A stretch of 59,427 bases of DNA, filler included, from Nemertoderma westbladi (GCA_032718475.1; 3 parts of 3 records of this genome joined end to end with filler, not necessarily neighbours in it); one strand, 5' to 3'. Shown: positions 11,937 through 24,139, numbered from the whole stretch's first letter. Notes: a model not told the origin generated them from the letters alone. Numbers and translations: made by a program.

Positions 11937-12270
11937 CGGTGAGTCAGGGAGACTTAATAATTCAAATTCAAATTGAATAACTCAAAAACTATTGTATTTG
12001 ACAATACCACACAAAAATGTTTAAAATACATGTAGGCTACATCCGCACAACAATGTTTTATTACCTTTTGGTTATTTTTTTGTTTTATTGCAAATAAACG
12101 TTTTCTGGGTTCAAAGGTCAATTTTTATACTTTACCCAAACTTTCACATAATAATAGCAATCATAAATGTAATGTGATAAAGTTATATCGGCATTGGAAA
12201 AATAATTTAAATCTGCTCTTGAGAACGATTACAGTGTAACTTTTGGGGTTCAAGTCTCCCTCACTCACCC
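11937..12270. mobile_element. MITE, ~330 bp (possibly Tc1/pogo type)
   Basis: Inverted ends CGGTGAGTCAGGGAGACTT / AAGTCTCCCTCACTCACCC, followed by TA on the right. Confidence 0.6.
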
Positions 12271-13345
12271 TACAGTTATATTTGATTGCGTTGAAAGTTA
12301 AAAGAAAGAAGAAGTTAAATTGCATATCCATTGAAATATCATGAAATTGATTGCAGTTTACAGTAAAACGGCCACAGTAAGATTTATAAAATCAAGAATA
12401 AAAAAAAATAAAATCAACACACAATATTATCAATATAGATATTGAAAACATAATTTAATAAACAAACACTACAGTATAAATAAAATATATATTCCGTATT
12501 CATCAGTCTATACATTATAATCCGAACTTTTAAACAACTGGTACAATTCAGGAAATGCACTAAACTGCTAAATCCGATCGGCGGATGGATTCTGAAATGT
12601 GGACAGTCCAAATCAATGAAAGTGGTGGGGATATGCTGGCTGAAAGGATAAACCCATGGAACACGAACGGTGATCTCATGGCTCTACGCACGCTGGATGC
12701 TTTTTAGTAAGATCGTTTAACACAAAACTCTATTTAGGCAACTAAAAACAAAACAGAGATACTAACAATTATAACAAACAGATATAAATACATCAGCGAA
12801 AACCTCGTCACTGGTTCCGTCCAGTATCATTGTTAGCGTTTTGTTGAAACACCCACTCGGTCGATTCCTCCTTGACTGGAAACATCAGGTTTGGCCCATA
12901 CAACAATACAAAGTCATTCTAGCTCATCTATGCCTGAACCCGCCGGATCATAAGATCTATGTATGGTATTTGAATCTCCTCGAGGTACTGTAGTTCCGAT
13001 CCGGGTAACCCAGGTGCCAGGTTCGCCGTAGGCCTACAGTACTCATCATTGTTGTTTTTAAAGACCTACCTACAGGCTACATAGCTACACCTACCTACAT
13101 AGCCTCAGGCTATACCTCTACGCAAAAGTTATACCAAATTATACCAAGTTATACCAGCAATTTCAATTTAAATTGAAATTGCATTGGTGGGAGCTCTTCA
13201 ACAGTTCAAAATTTGTTTAAATGCAGTGTGCTTAAAAATTTCGTTGGCACGGGATTTGCTGCGAAATTGCATCGGCGCATGGCGCGCATAAAAATTGGTC
13301 GGTGCGCTATCCGGCGCACTTTTTAGATGGATTCCATACAGGGTA

Positions 13346-13497
13346 CCCAGTCATCTCAGCTCTTTAGGCTGAGAACACTCCTCAGTCGTCTCAGCCTAGG
13401 CTAAGAACACTCCCCCTCAGCCTAGGCTGAGAACACTCCCCAGTTATCTTATCTCAGCCTAGGCTGAGGTGACTCACCTTAGGCTGAGATGACTGGG
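13346..13497. repeat. Palindromic mini-array upstream of CSN7
   Basis: Outer 15-bp perfect IR CCCAGTCATCTCAGC/GCTGAGATGACTGGG enclosing 4-5 units built on the palindrome CTCAGCCTAGGCTGAG. Confidence 0.75.
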
Positions 13498-13691
13498 GAC
13501 TGGGGAGCCATATTTGGTGGGGAGTTATCACAGCCTGTTACACAAACACCGGCAGCCAGCAGGGCGACAGCCAGACAGCCCGACCTCCCTGCTACTGAGT
13601 GCTACAGTGCTAGTACCGGTACCCGTTGCCCGTACCGCAGTACCTACAGCTGTACAGCGCTCCAGCCTTATACTGCTATCAGTTTAGGGCA

Positions 13692-14519
13692 ATGGCAATG
13701 GCTACGGATACAAAGAAGAATTTAATAGCTAGCCCATCAAAAAGTGCGGAATATTTCCATGCGACAGCAAAGGAACTTGATGGCGCACCTCTATTATCTC
13801 TGATCACTGAAATCACAGAATGTCCTGGAGTTTACGGGTTCAGTGAACTTTTAAGTTTACCCAACGTCCAGAAACTAAAAACAACGGAGGAAAATCATTA
13901 TAAACTCCTCCAACTATTCGCTTACGGGACGTATCAGGATTACCTCAGAAACAGATCGGAATTCCCAAGACTTTCCCCGAACCAGATTCGGAAACTACGG
14001 CACCTAACGCTCGCGGAATTGGGCGCTAACACGCAGTACCTCCCGTACTCGCAACTGGTGGAAGAGATCGGGATCGAGAGTGTCCGCGAACTGGAAGACC
14101 TAATAATCGACGCGCTTTACGCGGGGGTTGTCAGCGGGAAACTCAACCAGGAACTACGCCATTTCGAGGTTTACTCCGGGATCAGTCGGGACGTACCCGC
14201 TGAATCCATCCCTCACGTCGCCAAAGTGCTGGAGAACTGGTCCGGTATATGCGGGGGATTACTCGCTACGCTCGACGCGCTCATCGTGCAAGCGAATACC
14301 GCGCGCGGGGATTATCTTTGGCGTAAACGCGAGATTGAGACAGAAGTGGCCAATCTTAAGAAGGCGATTAAGGCAACTCAGGATCTGGATGAGTCGGGTC
14401 GGGATGGGGTTTGTGATTCCGTACATCCGGGGCAGTCTACCGATAAACACCACGCCGCCAGTAAGAAAGCGAGTAAATTGCGCGGCTCAGGGGGCAGATT
14501 CTGGAAAAAGTTAACCTGA
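13692..14519 (+). CDS. COPS7: COP9 signalosome subunit 7 (PCI domain), single coding exon, 275 aa
   Basis: PGVYGFSELLSLPNV, LLQLFAYGTYQDY, QIRKLRHLTLA, VRELEDLIIDALYA, GKLNQ, LENW, EVANLKK and the C-terminal KLRGSG match CSN7. First ATG is at 13692 (the ORF track starts at an upstream TTG); AATAAA at ~14572. Confidence 0.95.
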   Translation: MAMATDTKKNLIASPSKSAEYFHATAKELDGAPLLSLITEITECPGVYGFSELLSLPNVQKLKTTEENHYKLLQLFAYGTYQDYLRNRSEFPRLSPNQIRKLRHLTLAELGANTQYLPYSQLVEEIGIESVRELEDLIIDALYAGVVSGKLNQELRHFEVYSGISRDVPAESIPHVAKVLENWSGICGGLLATLDALIVQANTARGDYLWRKREIETEVANLKKAIKATQDLDESGRDGVCDSVHPGQSTDKHHAASKKASKLRGSGGRFWKKLT

Positions 14520-15069
14520 GCCACAAAAGTAATAATAATAATATAAATTAAAGTAATGCCGTACTAATAATAATAAACATTGAATAGAACATTTATCCCC
14601 TTATTTTATAATTTCTAGTTACCGATAAATATGTTTCGTAAATATATAACTCTACTATGTCTTTCCTTTCTTAGTGCAAAGCATTAAAAGTGTCTCTCAT
14701 TACTTTACTTCACTAAACTTATAAATTACCTTCCACTACTAATATAAATAAGATTGATGATTTTTACTGGCTGTAAATATTTGGTACAAAAATGTTCCTA
14801 ATGAGTTGGGGTGAGCGAGAGATTGAACCTCCAATAGTAAATGCCAATATCCCTCCTCCTTAGTGGCTAAGTAAGAATTTATATATTTTCCTTTCCAAAT
14901 CTTTAGCAATCTCCATCCTACAAGAGTTTGCAAAAAGGTGCCTCCGACGATATTGCACCAGTCCCGCCGCAGTTATTCTTCAACCTTCAAGTGATTTATT
15001 ACTGATGGAAAGTGAGAACCTATGATGCTAATTGCCGTTTAATTTATTATATTATTTATTATGGTTATA

Positions 15070-15312
15070 TTGAAAAATATCGAGAGTAAAAATATCGAGT
15101 GTTGAAAAATATCGAGAGTAAAAATAACGCGAGGGGTAAAAATATCGAGTGTTGAAAAATATCGAGTGTTGAAAAATATAGAGAGTAAAAATAACGCGAG
15201 GGGTAAAAATATCGAGTGTTGAAAAATATCAAGTGTTGAAAAATATCGAGAGTAAAAATATCGAATGTTGAAAAATATCGAGAGTAAAAATATCGAGTGT
15301 TGAAAAATATCA
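15070..15312. repeat. Tandem 15-17-bp minisatellite (TE-subterminal type)
   Basis: Alternating TTGAAAAATATCGAGTG / GTAAAAATATCGAGA units. Confidence 0.85.
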
Positions 15313-15820
15313 AATGGGAATCATGACGTTACTGGGTATTGATGCATCAAAAATCACAATTGTTTTCTTTTCTACCATACCAAAACCGTGTAAGTCGATT
15401 TATATGAAAAGTGAGAAATAAATTTAAAAAAAAAGTTTTGGCACTAATATATATGCACAATTTGTAAAGGTAGGCCCCTACACAAAATTATAACTCATCA
15501 AATTAAATTTTAACCAAATGCCAGCTGTTTAAAGTCCAAAAACTTTAAACGCGATTATCTCGAAAAGTCAAAAAATGTACTTACTGGGTTTTGGTTTGGA
15601 GCTGCCGTGCTATCCTATGGGTACTTTGCTGTAAGGAAAAAATTTTTTCCTATTTCTTTCTTATTTTTCTCTCGATTTTGGGCTATATTCGGCCAAAAAA
15701 AATTAAAAAGTATCAAGTTACGTATTTTTGCATTATTTTATACACCATGCTAAAAAATGGGGTAAGATTTTTTCAAGATTCATAAAATCTATGATTATTA
15801 TTATAAGCACATGACCTACT

Positions 15821-18800
15821 CTGCCGTTGTTTGGCAATACACCCTATCTCAAAATTTTCAAAAAAAATTTTATTTGACCAATTGGGGTAACTTGACACGC
15901 TCTTTTCAATGAAACTAAGAAAAGTGGGGTGTTCCTTTCACGAAATCGGACTTTTTCAATCTTAAAACACCCCATGGCAGCATCTCAAATCAACAGCTGC
16001 GTAGCAAAACACCCTATAGCTAAATTCGACCATATAGGGTGCTTTGCCTTGTTAACTCTGTCGACCAAATAACCCTATCCTTGAGTTAGGGTTTTTTGCC
16101 TTGCGCTTTACTTTTAAGCCAATCAATTATTTAAGGAATTGACCAATCAGAAGTAATATCCTTTTGTCATTTAATAATATTTATTTACACTACTTAAAGG
16201 TAACTCTGTCTGGCGGGAAATCAATTTTAGTTATTTCAATTTGACCTGGCGCTAATTAATTTACCCTATCTAGTTATATTGATTTTTGTTAGGAATTTAC
16301 TCTTTATTACAACCAACAATGTACTAACAGTCTCTGTAAGTTTTAAGGGGAAATTGAGTTTGACAATAATGACGAGGAAGAGAATCTGGATACGTTTTTT
16401 GGATTTGTTATTACATCAGGATAAATAGGAAGTGGGACAAATGGAGTAGTTGGACGCGGGCCTGGGATGGGTGATGTAGTGTTAGGTACTGGGGAAGCGG
16501 AAGGTGAAGAAGATGGAGCTCTTGTTGGAACTGGGGAAGGTGGAATGGTTGTTGGAACTGGGGAAGGTGGAATGGTTGTTGGAACTGGGGAAGGTGGAAT
16601 GTTTGTTGGAACTGGGGAAGGTGGAATGGTTGTTGGAACTGGGGAAGGTGGAATGGTTGTTGGAACTGGGGAAGGTGGAATGGTTGTTGGAACTGGGGAA
16701 GGAGGAGATGTGGTTGGTACGGGGGAAGGTAGAGTGGTTGTTGGAACCGGGGAAGGTGGAGTGGTTGTTGGAACTGGGGAAGGTGGAGATGTGGTTGGAA
16801 CGGGGGAAGGTGGAGTGGTTGTTGGTACTGGGGAAGGTGGATATGTGGTTGGAACTGGGGAAGGTGGAGATGTGGTTGGAACTGGGGGAGGTGGAATTGT
16901 TGTCGGAACCGAAGTAGGTGGAGTGGTTGTTGGAACTGGGGAAGGTGGAATGGTTGTTGGAACTGGGGAAGGTGGAATGGTTGTTGGAACTGGGGAAGGT
17001 GGAATGGTTGCTGGATCTGGGGAAGGTGGAATGGTTGTTGGAACTGGGGAAGGTGGAATGGTTGTTGGAACTGGGGAAGGAGGAGATGTGGTTGGCACGG
17101 GGGAAGGTGGCGTGGTTGTTGGAACTGGGGAAGGTGGAATGGTTGTTGGAACTGGGGAAGGTGGAATGGTTGCTGGATCTGGGGAAGGTGGAATGGTTGT
17201 TGGAACTGGGGAAGGTGGAAGGGTTGTTGGAACTGGGGAAGGTGGAGTGGTTGTTGGAACTGGGGAAGGTGGAGTGGTTGTTGGAACTGGGGAAGGTGGA
17301 GTGGTTGTTGGAACTGGGGAAGGTGGAGTGGTTGTTGGAACTGGAGAAGGTGGAGTGATTGTTGGAACTGGGGAAGGAGGAGATGTGGTTGGAACTGGGG
17401 AAGGAGGAGATGTGGTTGGAACTGGGGGAGGTGGAATTGTTGTCGGGACCGAAGAAGGTGGAGTGGTTGTTGGAACTGGGGAAGGTGGAATGGTTGTTGG
17501 AACTGGGGAAGGTGGAATGGTTGTTGGAACTGGGAAGGAGGAGATGTGGTTGGAACGGGGGGAGGTGGAATTGTTGTCGGGACCGAAGAAGGTGGAGTGG
17601 TTGTTGGAACTGGGGAAGGTAGAATGGTTGTTGGAACTGGGGAAGGAGGAGATGTGGTTGGAACGGGGGAAGGTAGAGTGGTTGTTGGAACTTGGAAGGA
17701 TGAGATGTGGTTGGAACTGGGGAAGGTGGAGATGTGGTTGGAACGGGGGAAGGTGGAGTGGTTGTTGGAACTGGGGAAGGTGGAGATGTGGTTGGAACTG
17801 GGGAAGGTGGAGATGTGGTTGGAACGGGGGAAGGTAGAGTGGTTGTTGGAACTTGGGAAGGTGGAGATGTGGTTGGAACTGGGGGAGGTGGAATTGTTGT
17901 CGGGACCGAAGAAGGTGGAGTGGTTGTTGGAACTGGGGAAGGTGGAATGGTTGTTGGAACTGGGGAAGGTGGAATGGTTGTTGGAACTGGGAAGGAGGAG
18001 ATGTGGTTGGAACGGGGGGAGGTGGAATTGTTGTCGGGACCGAAGAAGGTGGAGTGGTTGTTGGAACTGGGGAAGGTAGAATGGTTGTTGGAACTGGGGA
18101 AGGAGGAGATGTGGTTGGAACGGGGGAAGGTAGAGTGGTTGTTGGAACTTGGAAGGATGAGATGTGGTTGGAACTGGGGAAGGTGGAGATGTGGTTGGAA
18201 CGGGGGAAGGTGGAGTGGTTGTTGGAACTGGGGAAGGTGGAGATGTGGTTGGAACTGGGGAAGGTGGAGATGTGGTTGGAACGGGGGAAGGTAGAGTGGT
18301 TGTTGGAACTTGGGAAGGTGGAGATGTGGTTGGAACTGGGGAAGGTGGAATGGTTGTTGGAACTTGGAAGGAGGAGATGTGGTGGGAACTGGGGAAGGTG
18401 GAGATGTGGTTGGAACGGGGGAAGGTAGAGTGGTTGTTGGAACTGGGGAAGGTGGAGATGTGGTTGGAACTGGGGAAGGTGGAGATGTGGTTGGAACGGG
18501 GGAAGGTGGAGTGGTTGTTGGAACTGGGGAAGGTGGAGATGTGGTTGGAACTGGGGAAGGTAGAGTGGTTGTTGGAACTGGGGAAGGTGGAGATGTGGTT
18601 GGAACGGGGGAAGGTGGAGTGGTTGTTGGAACTGGGGAAGGTGGAGATGTGGTTGGAACGGGGGAAGGTAGAGTGGTTGTTGGAACTGGGGAAGGTGGAG
18701 ATGTGGTTGGAACGGGGGAAGGTAGAGTGGTTGTTGGAACTGGGGAAGGTGGAGATGTGGTTGGAACGGGGGAAGGTGGAGTGGTTGTTGGAACTGGGGA

Positions 18801-21034
18801 AGGTGGAGATGTGGTTGGAACGGGGGAAGGTAGAGTGGTTGTTGGAACTGGGGAAGGTGGAGATGTGGTTGGAACTGGGGAAGGTGGAGATGTGGTTGGA
18901 ACGGGGGAAGGTGGAGTGGTTGTTGGAACTGGGGAAGGTGGAGATGTGGTTGGAACGGGGGAAGGTGGAGTGGTTGTTGGAACTGGGGAAGGTGGAGATG
19001 TGGTTGGAACTGGGGATGGTGGAGATGTGGTTGGAACTGGGGAAGGTGGAGATGTGGTTGGAACTGGGGGAGGTGGAATTGTTGTCGGAACCGAAGTAGG
19101 TGGAGTGGTTGTTGGAACTGGGGAAGGTGGAATGGTTGTTGGAACTGGGGAAGGTGGAATGGTTGTTGGAACTGGGGAAGGAGGAGATGTGGTTGGAACG
19201 GGGGAAGGTAGAGTGGTTGTTGGAACTTGGAAGGATGAGATGTAGTTGGAACTGGGGAAGGTGGAGATGTGGTTGGAACGGGGGAAGGTGGAGTGGTTGT
19301 TGGAACTGGGGAAGGTGGAGATGTGGTTGGAACTGGGGAAGGTGGAGATGTGGTTGGAACGGGGGAAGGTAGAGTGGTTGTTGGAACTTGGGAAGGTGGA
19401 GATGTGGTTGGAACTGGGGAAGGTGGAATGGTTGTTGGAACTGGGGAAGGTAGAATGGTTGTTGGAACTGGGGAAGGAGGAGATGTGGTTGGAACGGGGG
19501 AAGGTGGAGTGGTTGTTGGAACTTGGAAGGAGGAGATGTGGTTGGAACTGGGGAAGGTGGATATGTGGTTGGAACGGGGGAAGATAGAGTGGTTGTTGGA
19601 ACTGGGGAAGGTGGAGATGTGGTTGGAACTGGGGAAGGTGGAGATGTGGTTGGAACGGGGGAAGGTGGAGTGGTTGTTGGAACTTGGAAGGAGGAGATGT
19701 GGTTGGAACTGGGGAAGGTGGATATGTGGTTGGAACGGGGGAAGATAGAGTGGTTGTTGGAACTGGGGAAGGAGGAGATGTGGTTGGAACGGGGGAAGGT
19801 GGAGTGGTTGTTGGAACTTGGAAGGAGGAGATGTGGTTGGAACTGGGGAAGGTGGATATGTGGTTCGAACGGGGGAAGATAGAGTGGTTGTTGGAACTGG
19901 GGAAGGTGGAGATGTGGTTGGAACTGGGGAAGGTAGAATGGTTGTTGGAACTGGGGAAGGAGGAGATGTGGTTGGAACGGGGGAAGGTGGAGTGGTTGTT
20001 GGAACTTGGAAGGAGGAGATGTGGTTGGAACTGGGGAAGGTGGATATGTGGTTGGAACGGGGGAAGATAGAGTGGTTGTTGGAACTGGGGAAGGTGGAGA
20101 TGTGGTTGGAACTGGGGAAGGTGGAGATGTGGTTGGAACTGGGGAAGGTGGAGATGTGGTTGGAACTGGGGGAGGTGGAATTGTTGTCGGAACCGAAGTA
20201 GGTGGAGTGGTTGTTGGAACTGGGGAAGGTGGAATGGTTGTTGGAACTGGGGAAGGAGGAGATGTGGTTGGAACGGGGGAAAGTGGAGCGGTGGTTGGAA
20301 CTGGGGAAGGTGGATATGTGGTTGGAACTGGGGAAGGAGGAGATGTGGTTGGAACTGGGGGAGGTGGAATTGTTCTCGGAACCGAAGAAGGTGGAATGGT
20401 TGTTGGAACTGGGGAAGGTGGAGTGGTTGTTGGAACTGCGGAAGGTGGAGTGGTTGTTGGAACTGGGGAAGGTGGAATGGTTGTTGGAACTGGGGATGGT
20501 GGAGATGGGGTTGGAACGGGGGATGGTGGAGATGGGGTTGGAACTGGGGATGGTGGTTAAATAAATACCTTTACTTTTTGTATTTCTTTGGGAAGGAATT
20601 AATTTTAGTCATCTCATCATTCTTCATTTTGACTTCATGTTGACATGGCAATACACCCCAACTCCAGCAAGCTCTAAACTATAATACGTGATACAAAATG
20701 CTCTACAAAACATGCTGGCAGAACAAAAAATCACTGTTTTATACTAGTTTCTATGAAACCAGAACCATTGGTTAAACACCCTATCTCCAACAAATCAGCT
20801 TATATTGAATGGCAAAACACCCTATAATTTTATTTCATCACTTTAATCACTTTTTCGTCATCTCTCACCATCTATTCTATTTAAAAAATCTAAGTTAGCC
20901 TGTTAAGTTCCCTTAGGACCCATTATCAGCGATTTATCACAATGTCTTCAATGTTGAATTAGGGGAAACGCGTTTAGGTTAATATCTCAAAATGTGTTTT
21001 TTTTAGGATAGGGTGTATCGCCAAACAACGGCAG
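15821..21034. mobile_element. 5.2-kb non-autonomous TIR transposon with 4-bp TSD carrying a 4-kb coding-like repeat
   Basis: 28-bp TIR CTGCCGTTGTTTGGC(A/G)ATACACCCTATC; TSD TACT at 15817-15820 and 21035-21038; internal ACCCTAT subterminal motifs at both ends. No transposase recognised. Confidence 0.88.
16523..20558 (-). repeat. 27-bp tandem array (~150 units) reading (PPSPVPTT[I/S/T/Y])n on the minus strand
   Basis: Unit GTTGGAACTGGGGAAGGTGGA(A/G)TGGTT; strong G/T skew; higher-order duplications (e.g. ~457 bp); 26-bp frameshifting variants; continues into a unique P/T/S-rich tail that ends at the stop at 16343. Confidence 0.95.
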
Positions 21035-23117
21035 TACTGTACTATAGTGCTCATGATAAGCACATTCATTCATATTCAAGAAAATCGGTTCTCCTATACC
21101 GGAAAGGCGATACAATAAATTAAGCTTAAAACTTACATACAGTCTCGGCTACCGGTGCCTGACTACAATTTATAGACCATAACCCTTAATACAACAAACA
21201 TTTTTAGGGGGGGGGCTGAGCCCCCCATCCCCCTAATTTTCTTCAAATTTCAATAAAATGCTACGTAATTTGGTATGATGATAGATCGGCACCTTTTCTT
21301 ACTAACTGCTGGCCTGGCCGGATTTTTCAATTTCTGAGTTATTTCCCTACAGCGAGCCTTTATAAAATGTCTATTTAACAATGTTTAACCTCCGTAGACT
21401 TTAATTTTCGTCTATGGAATGCAATCTGGATATCATTAGAACCGCCTTCATCTGCAGATTCCGAATCAGAAAACCGTTTAAATTTAATCAAAAAGTGGCA
21501 AAGATATTATCAAAATACTAAGGTGCAAATTTTGAGACGTAAATCGCTATAATTCTGATGGTTTTTTGTTTTTATTCTAGAATATTAATTATTATGGTTG
21601 TAGCCCAGGAGAGACATCAAACTAGCCGTGTCGTTGGTGTGGGCTACTCAGTTAGCCTCTGATAGACCTATATTTTTTATATTAATTTATTATTTTTATG
21701 TGCTTTTATTAATTAATATTATTATTATATATTTTTTATTACCTGCATCGGGGCCCCAAACCAAGTTTGCTTCTACCTTACTGTTCGCGCTTTTGAAGAC
21801 CTTTAGCAGTTTAACCTGCCAAAATTTATATGTCTTCTAGTTAATTAAAACCACTTTAGCATACGACAATATTTTATGCTAATACGCAAAACATTAGCCG
21901 AAGTCAGCCCATGCGCGATCATTCACCCGATGGATCTACACCCGGGAGACTGAATTCGGATGCTTGAATTGTATTATTACAGTGTAAGGTTGCAGTGTAA
22001 ACTTACTGTATTATTCGATAGATCGTTAATAATTAATCTCTGACAGATATTATTGGCTTTCGGGAAATATTAACAGTTCCTTTAGGACGTGGCGCTTTAT
22101 CTATTTAAACAGAACTAAGACTTATACTAAACGCAACGATACTGCTTATGATTGAAGTATAAAGCGTATTCTTTAGGAAATACTTTGTTACCAATCACAA
22201 TCATACACACTATTCTGCCGACAGTCAGTATATTTGATCACACATAAAGAGAGCAGTAATTGACTCACGTAGGGTCTGCTAAATAACATTGGATTCAATA
22301 CACACCATATTAATATAAATCGCAATTGTTATGTATAGCCGGTCTCTCTAACCTGTAGTGTATCAAGAAAATTGGGAATTTGGGTGATTTATCCGTATTA
22401 TCCAAATAACAATATTTCCATCAACAAATAGGTACAATTAATAACTGACGGTAAAATAACAGTACAAACAATATGATTAATGCAATTAAATTAAGTGAGT
22501 TAATGCTGTCTTTCGATTTGATTGATTAATTAATTAAGATTTGTTTCGGTAACAGTTTATACTTTCGATAATTCAAGCAGTTTACTAGAGTTCTTCCCAA
22601 AAGGCCGGTGTTTCTGGCTTAGACAGCAATAACAACAAAGTAACAAGTAAAACAGTAAGACAGAACACTCTCCTTATGATCGGCAGAAAAGCTACACGTC
22701 GACAGGAAAAACCGCCCTGATTGGCCCAAGCCAAACAAAGAACCACGCGTCCAATGGCTGTTTCCATGTCAGCAACCAGCTGCTAGATGTCGTAATATGA
22801 ATCATCACGGCTAAGCTGTGAAAGGTAGTTGGTGCATTACAAGTTTTTTGCCTTACCATGTCCGCCAAAACACGTATATAGCAGAATGATTTTTATGTCC
22901 GTTAAAACACCTGTAAAGGTACCTTGCGGGCGAGGGGAATATATATACAGTTAGAAAACCTTTTTAGAGTATTCCAGCGCCTGGGGGAGAACTGGCCAGC
23001 AAAGGCAAACGTATCAGTTATCCCACAAAAGCTTTTACACCGCTCCCAGAAAATGGGATTTAAGTCTATAAAATATACCAAATCACAGTTTCTAAAATAT
23101 AAAAATACTCTAAACAG

Positions 23118-24005
23118 TTAGTCTTTCTTGCGCGGACGGCGTTTACGCAGCTTTTTAAAGCTAGCAAGAGTCCTTTTCTCTTTGGGGCGAGCCACTTTAC
23201 GAGGAGGGCTATAACTCCTGGGTGAAGGGTGCAATATGATTGCATCAGAAGGTAGGGGATTGCGATCGGTATATCCGCCGGTCGAAGTACTGGGTTGATT
23301 GACATCAACGTCCGGGGAGAGGGGTCTAACGGCTTTGAGAGCTCGTTTCAAGACAGCCGCTCTTACGGGTCCTTTACGAGTGGTCTGAACGAGGGCCGTG
23401 GGTGGACCATAGGCAGTTAGAAACTTCCTTGGTTTAATGGTTCTTTCCAACTCGCGTTCGCGGGCTTGGTACTCGTAAGGCCGTCGATATACTTCCTGTA
23501 ACTCGATATGCGTGATTTCTGTTCGACAGAAGCGAATAGATAAGGATGGAACGCATAAATTCCTTCGTAAGCGCGTCCAGGATAATAGCGATGGCGCGAA
23601 TCACGATGTAAATCAGCGTTCGCTTCCCAAGCTCTAATGTAACGTAGTGTGATCATTTCATCTACGCTTTCCAAATCGCGATTAAAAAGGGCAATCGAAA
23701 CTGGCGTGTCCCTTTAGTTGACAGTGGTGACATTGAGTCATAAATTGAGGGCAAACCGCAAAAATATGCAAATTATTAAATCTGCAATACGCGCAATAAA
23801 TTTCCATCGCCGGTTGTTCGTGGAAATAGGAACAGCGGACGTTTGTGTCCATGGGCGTAACATGGTCTCTCGATGCGCATAACCGACAACGTTGCCGAGA
23901 AACATAGTTGGCATGGCGATAATCGTACGCAGTGAGACACTGTGGACCTTGATACCATTCTAGGATGTAATCGTTGTCGTTGTTCCGAGCGCGATAGGCT
24001 GAATC
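23118..24005 (-). pseudogene. C-terminal part of a Gag-like protein with three CCHC zinc knuckles; two compensating frameshifts; 5' end cut by the contig boundary
   Basis: Manual translation from 24005: ...CRLCASRDHVTPMDTNVRC...CAYCRFNNLHIFAVC...CHHCQLKGHASFDCPF. A +1 shift leads into ORF 23417-23674, and a shift back leads into ORF 23118-23450, which ends in a basic tail (KKLRKRRPRKKD*). Confidence 0.65.
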
Positions 24006-24105
24006 NNNNNNNNNNNNNNNNNNNNNNNNNNNNNNNNNNNNNNNNNNNNTTAATTAATTAANNNNNNNNNNNNNNNNNNNNNNNNNNNNNNNNNNNNNNN
24101 NNNNN
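24006..24105. other. Artificial contig linker
   Basis: 44 N + TTAATTAATTAA (stops in all six frames) + 44 N = 100 nt. Confidence 0.97.
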
Positions 24106-24139
24106 TTACATAATGTATAAATAAATCTATCTATCTATC

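Noticed and set aside
13346-13497. CRISPR-like palindromic repeats (also considered for 5105-5640 and 26810-28115)
   Set aside because: No unique spacers, no cas genes, and a eukaryotic context.
13681-13694. Trans-splice acceptor (TTTAG) just before the CSN7 ATG
   Set aside because: No polypyrimidine tract and not consistent across genes; cannot be supported without transcript data.
16467-20564. Plus-strand Gly/Val-rich or Trp/Glu-rich ORFs (VGTGEGG.., WLLELGK..)
   Set aside because: Shadow frames of the stop-free 27-bp array; only the minus P/T/S frame continues into compositionally matching unique sequence.
23676-23695. Programmed frameshift at C-CCT-TTT-TAA after the zinc knuckles
   Set aside because: The -1 frame stops within a few codons; the continuing frame needs +1 and a second compensating indel follows, which fits decay or sequencing error better.
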